Of a stretch of DNA of 64,000 bases, positions 59,875 to 64,000 are shown in pieces. The notes beneath the pieces were generated by a model. That model saw only the letters and a list, made by a program, of their open reading frames with translations, did no database searches and was not told the origin of the DNA. The position numbers and the translations under genes were made by a program. The number at the start of each line of letters is the position of its first letter. Within the stretch, counting starts at the first letter, position 1. Origin of the DNA: Anaerohalosphaeraceae bacterium (GTDB taxonomy: Bacteria; Planctomycetota; Phycisphaerae; Sedimentisphaerales; Anaerohalosphaeraceae); contig CAXXSL010000018.1 of the NCBI GenBank assembly GCA_963675525.2, positions 1-64,000 on the forward strand, read 5' to 3'.

Positions 59875-62800
59875 TTACCATCCCGCGGTTGGAGTATTGG
59901 CCTGCCAATTAGCTGGATCGCTACCTGATGCGGCTACCCCAGAAGAAATACGGTGCAATGCCAAACCGGTCCCATCCGGCTCGGACGGCCATGGCCAGGA
60001 ATCATTATAGATACATTCATCAACAATAATCCAGGAAACAGTTAACGGGTCCAATGGGTCATCAGAATCCTGAGGTTTCTCCAGCGTCAGTCGTTCACCA
60101 CCGTTCGAAAGGTCACCGCTCCACGGACCAAAGATATCTACGCCTGCGGTCAGGTTACCTGTACCGTAGGCCGCCTCGAACGCATCCAGCAGGCCGGTAT
60201 CTGTGGGATCAAACCCAACGACCAGGATCCGTCCATTGTTTGCTAAGGCGGGTGTTCCTGCGGGGAATTCATAATCCACCGCACCATCCAAAGCCCAACC
60301 TCGTGTGCCAGCAAGCGGCAGAACCGTCGTCAGCGGCACTGACGAACCCGTGGAATTGTAAAGTTCAACATATTCCTCTTTTGCCGTGCCTTCGGTCGGA
60401 TGATACATAAACTCATTGATAACAACATGCAGAACGGCGTTATTATTTGCACCGTTGCGTGTCGCCGGATTCATACTGAACCAATAGTTGCCGCCATCCG
60501 GATATCGTCCCAGTGAAACACTGTTTTCCTGCCCCTTGAACGGGATGCAGTCAACGACGCGGTCAACACCTGTAGTGCCGGGCAGATACGACAGGAAAAT
60601 CTCATCCCCCGCCTTATCCAGCCCCCAGCCATTCGGACCAGTCCCGTCCGGATTGAAATGGGTCACCTGGTCGTAACTGACATGGCCACCGCTTGAAAGG
60701 CTTGACACAGGCAACGCGTACTTTTTGAGATCGTCAATATCATCGCTCAAATACCAGTTGCCGTTCAGACTTACCGTCGAACCACCGGCGTTATAAAGCT
60801 CGATCCAGTCATTGGACTCATGCGGCGGTACGGGATAATCAGTATGCGCCATAAATTCATTGATGACAACACCTGCGGCAGGAGTCGGATCAGCCTCACC
60901 GGGCGAACCGCCGATATAGGTACTTTGCCGCCAGTTCCCGCCAAAGTTCAGCACTCGCAGCGGCTGGCTTGGGTCAATGGCGGCTGACAACGGCACCAGC
61001 GAATGCCCTGCGCCGTCGGCAGCGATTGGCCAGCCACGCGCATCGTTATACTCAAATTCAACAATCGTTCCGTCCCATGTATCTTCCAGTTTGAGATTTT
61101 CGCCCCCGTTAGACAGACTGCTGTCGACAAACGTTCCGGCGATCTGACTGTTCCAAGTTGTTCCGTACTGAGCCTGGAATGCCGCCTGGTCTTTGATTAC
61201 CAGGACAAAGGCACCCGGATCCAAAAACTCAACAGCGCTTCCCAGGAAGACAAATTCGACGCCGCTGGTGAACGAGGCATCTCTTAGGTCCAGCTGGGTG
61301 GTGCCGGTGTTCTGCAGCTCGATGAATTCTGCATCGCCGTTGTTATACATCACCTCCGTAATCCGCAAATGATCTCGAAGGTCGGTTCCAAGAGCCGCTC
61401 CGGCGACAAACTCGACGGGGGCTGACCAGTGACTCCAGCGGCCGGTGGTGTCTTTCATTTTGCAGCGAACCCGGTAGGTCTTGCCGGTGGTCACGCCGTC
61501 TGCCGGAATCAGGACGTCACTATTGAACGGCGTTAATTCATCGCTTTCCCAAACTGCCTGAAGCTCATATTTTTTCTTCGACAAAATAGAAACTGGAGGG
61601 GCAGATGCGCCAAGGTCAGCAGTAATGCTGACATCAATCGAGAAATCACTGCTGCCCACCGTTGCCTGCAGGGCATGAACAGCGATAACATTTGCGCCGT
61701 TAATCAGATAACTATAGGGTCCCGTTAAAGTGACGACTTCGTAAGTTCCTGTTTGCCAATCGGCTTCATGATCGCCTGTTTCCGTTGTATCGTCATAATC
61801 TTTATCTCCGGCACTGCAATACCGTCTTGCTACTTCGGTGCCGTTGATATAAATGATACAGCCGTCGTCAACATACACATGCAGTTTTAATGTTTCGATT
61901 TGAGTTGTATCTGCAACCGTAAATGTATTCCGCAGATAAACCGAAGGATAATTGTCTTCCATATCCGACAGAACCGTCAGGTCGTCGCCATCTGCAAAGC
62001 CGATACTGGCCGGACCGGACAACCAACCTCCATCGTTAAATCCGTTCAGATTCCAACTTGAAGAGGGCTCTTCGGTCCCCTTAAAGTATTTCCACGTTGC
62101 GTTCTGATCCAGCAGCGTGACGGTTTGTGCCGATCCCGAAGCGGGTTCGACCTCGGCGATTCGCCATTTCATGGCGGCAAAAGTTCCGCTGCCCTGCGGG
62201 TCGCTGAATGCGGTGGTCTGGAATTGAAGATCGTTTTCCGGGTATCCGGCTGTACCGATATAGCTGATCGTCGGGGTGTTCGGAATATTGGTACTATCGT
62301 CTTCTGCTCCCCCCAGGTTATCCAGATTATTTGACGTGCCGACCCAATAGTACCTGCCATAAAAGTCGCCGGGTGTCCAGGCAAACTGATACATCAGGGC
62401 AAGGTTGTCTTCCAGCGTTCCGTTGTCGATTGCGCCGCCGGGGGTGGGGTCCTCTTTCCAGCGGTCGCGATCGGCCGGCACAATATCCGAAATAACGGAG
62501 GCCAATTCGGCAATCATTGGGTCAATGACTTCCGGCTGCCACAGCAAATCACGAAACTCCCGGATATAGTTGCGGTATTCCTGTTTCAGCGCTGATTTCG
62601 CGGGATCGATGGAATATTGATCCAAGTCATGGTCACCTTCAAAGCCTATATCATAGATCGCACTCTTTCCGTGATTAATCCCGTAATTGAAAAAGGGGCC
62701 CCAGCTGTCATCGATATCAAACGGCATGAACTGGACCTTGCCATAATAACTGTTCTCCGCCGTATAGGGGGGAGTAAAATACCAAGCCACATTCTTCATA

Positions 62801-64000
62801 CAATGTATACAATCTGCTCCACTGAATATATCGAATGACCGTATGGATTCGATCACGGTTTGATAGCGATACCATTCCTCGCAATCCAAGTGATTGCGAA
62901 TAAAATCAACCGAAGGGTTCGAGGGGTAATAAGGGCTACTACCCCTGCGCAGATTCCAGCGGATATTTTCATAATCCGAGGCATCGTCCACGGCGTTCTC
63001 GCCCTGATAGCGCAACTGTGTCGGCCCATCATAAACTTTGTCTGCTAATTTATACACATTGCCCTTGGGCAACCCCAGTCGGTCCAGGTGGGCTCCGTCA
63101 TAATTTTCGAACGCAATATACAGACCCCAGAAATCGCCATTGTATTGTCCGTTTGATGTCGTGGGGGTTTCATCAACTCCGTCAATCACCCGGAAATGCA
63201 TCCAATAAGTGTGCGCTGCGGGAACGTCGGCAATGTCAAATAATTGCATATCGATGACTTCGTTGACGCCATAGGGATAGTGCCGCCAGTTTTCCCAGAC
63301 AATTTTATTGCCCATCATTTTACCGGTATTCAGGTGCTGCCATTTGGATGGGAATTTTTTACCGTAAATGTCACGAGCCTGCAAATAATTACTGCGATTG
63401 AAACGGAGTTTCATTGAACGTTTTCCGGCAGCACCATTATTGTATCGTCCATTGCCGCCTCGCAGACGATAGCCGATGTGGTCATAGACCTTGCCGTCAT
63501 AAACAAAGGCTCCTTCCCAGTTGTAAGCTCTCCCTGCGGCCTGTACAGTGGGGTTTGTTGTTCCCTGATCGATCTGATCGGACGAATTGTATCCGTTGCA
63601 TTGGTATAAATCCGCAGACCGCGTAATCAAGGTATAAACCGGCAGCGTCGTCAGGGTGTCACCGCTGTAAACATGTCCCGCACCTTCCGGATCCACAGAG
63701 GCATCGGTAGTAACGTAGTCAGGAACACCATCATAAACAAAGCAGGCAAAATTCAGTGAAGGATCATCGAAATACGGCACGCGAACAACATTATCGAGAT
63801 CATCTGTTGCTTCAATTCGATAACGTAATAAAGAACGATTTGTTTGTGCTGAAATCTGAGAGGTGAAAATACCATCTCCCGCAACTTCATCCACGCTGCC
63901 CGGAAAGAGCCCTCCGTCGTCCCGCATCTTTACGGTTATCCAGTTCGCGGCATTCTCAAAATCCGGGTTAAGCGGCTGATCCTGGAAGGGATTACTTATC
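59875..64000 (-). CDS. Large CotH-kinase / lamin-tail domain protein (3' part; open at the right edge)
   Basis: [28 protein letters not shown] (CotH); three I(T/N)E.M lamin-tail domains with LSNGGE and SPG/TAG ends. Confidence 0.85.
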   Translation of the reverse strand, partial: ISNPFQDQPLNPDFENAANWITVKMRDDGGLFPGSVDEVAGDGIFTSQISAQTNRSLLRYRIEATDDLDNVVRVPYFDDPSLNFACFVYDGVPDYVTTDASVDPEGAGHVYSGDTLTTLPVYTLITRSADLYQCNGYNSSDQIDQGTTNPTVQAAGRAYNWEGAFVYDGKVYDHIGYRLRGGNGRYNNGAAGKRSMKLRFNRSNYLQARDIYGKKFPSKWQHLNTGKMMGNKIVWENWRHYPYGVNEVIDMQLFDIADVPAAHTYWMHFRVIDGVDETPTTSNGQYNGDFWGLYIAFENYDGAHLDRLGLPKGNVYKLADKVYDGPTQLRYQGENAVDDASDYENIRWNLRRGSSPYYPSNPSVDFIRNHLDCEEWYRYQTVIESIRSFDIFSGADCIHCMKNVAWYFTPPYTAENSYYGKVQFMPFDIDDSWGPFFNYGINHGKSAIYDIGFEGDHDLDQYSIDPAKSALKQEYRNYIREFRDLLWQPEVIDPMIAELASVISDIVPADRDRWKEDPTPGGAIDNGTLEDNLALMYQFAWTPGDFYGRYYWVGTSNNLDNLGGAEDDSTNIPNTPTISYIGTAGYPENDLQFQTTAFSDPQGSGTFAAMKWRIAEVEPASGSAQTVTLLDQNATWKYFKGTEEPSSSWNLNGFNDGGWLSGPASIGFADGDDLTVLSDMEDNYPSVYLRNTFTVADTTQIETLKLHVYVDDGCIIYINGTEVARRYCSAGDKDYDDTTETGDHEADWQTGTYEVVTLTGPYSYLINGANVIAVHALQATVGSSDFSIDVSITADLGASAPPVSILSKKKYELQAVWESDELTPFNSDVLIPADGVTTGKTYRVRCKMKDTTGRWSHWSAPVEFVAGAALGTDLRDHLRITEVMYNNGDAEFIELQNTGTTQLDLRDASFTSGVEFVFLGSAVEFLDPGAFVLVIKDQAAFQAQYGTTWNSQIAGTFVDSSLSNGGENLKLEDTWDGTIVEFEYNDARGWPIAADGAGHSLVPLSAAIDPSQPLRVLNFGGNWRQSTYIGGSPGEADPTPAAGVVINEFMAHTDYPVPPHESNDWIELYNAGGSTVSLNGNWYLSDDIDDLKKYALPVSSLSSGGHVSYDQVTHFNPDGTGPNGWGLDKAGDEIFLSYLPGTTGVDRVVDCIPFKGQENSVSLGRYPDGGNYWFSMNPATRNGANNNAVLHVVINEFMYHPTEGTAKEEYVELYNSTGSSVPLTTVLPLAGTRGWALDGAVDYEFPAGTPALANNGRILVVGFDPTDTGLLDAFEAAYGTGNLTAGVDIFGPWSGDLSNGGERLTLEKPQDSDDPLDPLTVSWIIVDECIYNDSWPWPSEPDGTGLALHRISSGVAASGSDPANWQANTPTAGW

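Overview
Bacterial chromosomal window, most likely from a Planctomycetota (Phycisphaerae/Sedimentisphaerales-like) genome. This is inferred from the DUF1549/1553-DUF1501-PPC trio, secreted proteins with dockerin-like tails, and a CotH/lamin-tail protein. The left half (1-28.3 kb) holds housekeeping genes (recG, eno, waaA, tRNA-Arg-CCG) interleaved with accessory DNA: a TonB-receptor/YfiR/histidine-kinase cassette bracketed by a 44-bp direct repeat of a gene 3' end, a 1305-aa repetitive coiled-coil protein, a decayed Rhs islet, several short dispersed repeats, and a complete IS110-family (IS1111-type) element. For the IS, the ends, AG/CT core, circle-junction promoter, REP-like target and a candidate right-end bridge RNA with target and donor guides can all be read from the sequence. 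The right half (28.5-59.6 kb) is a large 3-ketoglycoside-type sugar cleavage locus (6 Gfo/Idh/MocA, several DUF1080, TIM-barrel isomerase/lyases, ThuA-HEAT, MFS). It is co-oriented with a 7-heme cytochrome c, a b-type cytochrome, a discoidin lipoprotein and an unusual membrane glycosyltransferase-ApbE fusion. All family assignments come from motif recognition, not database searches.
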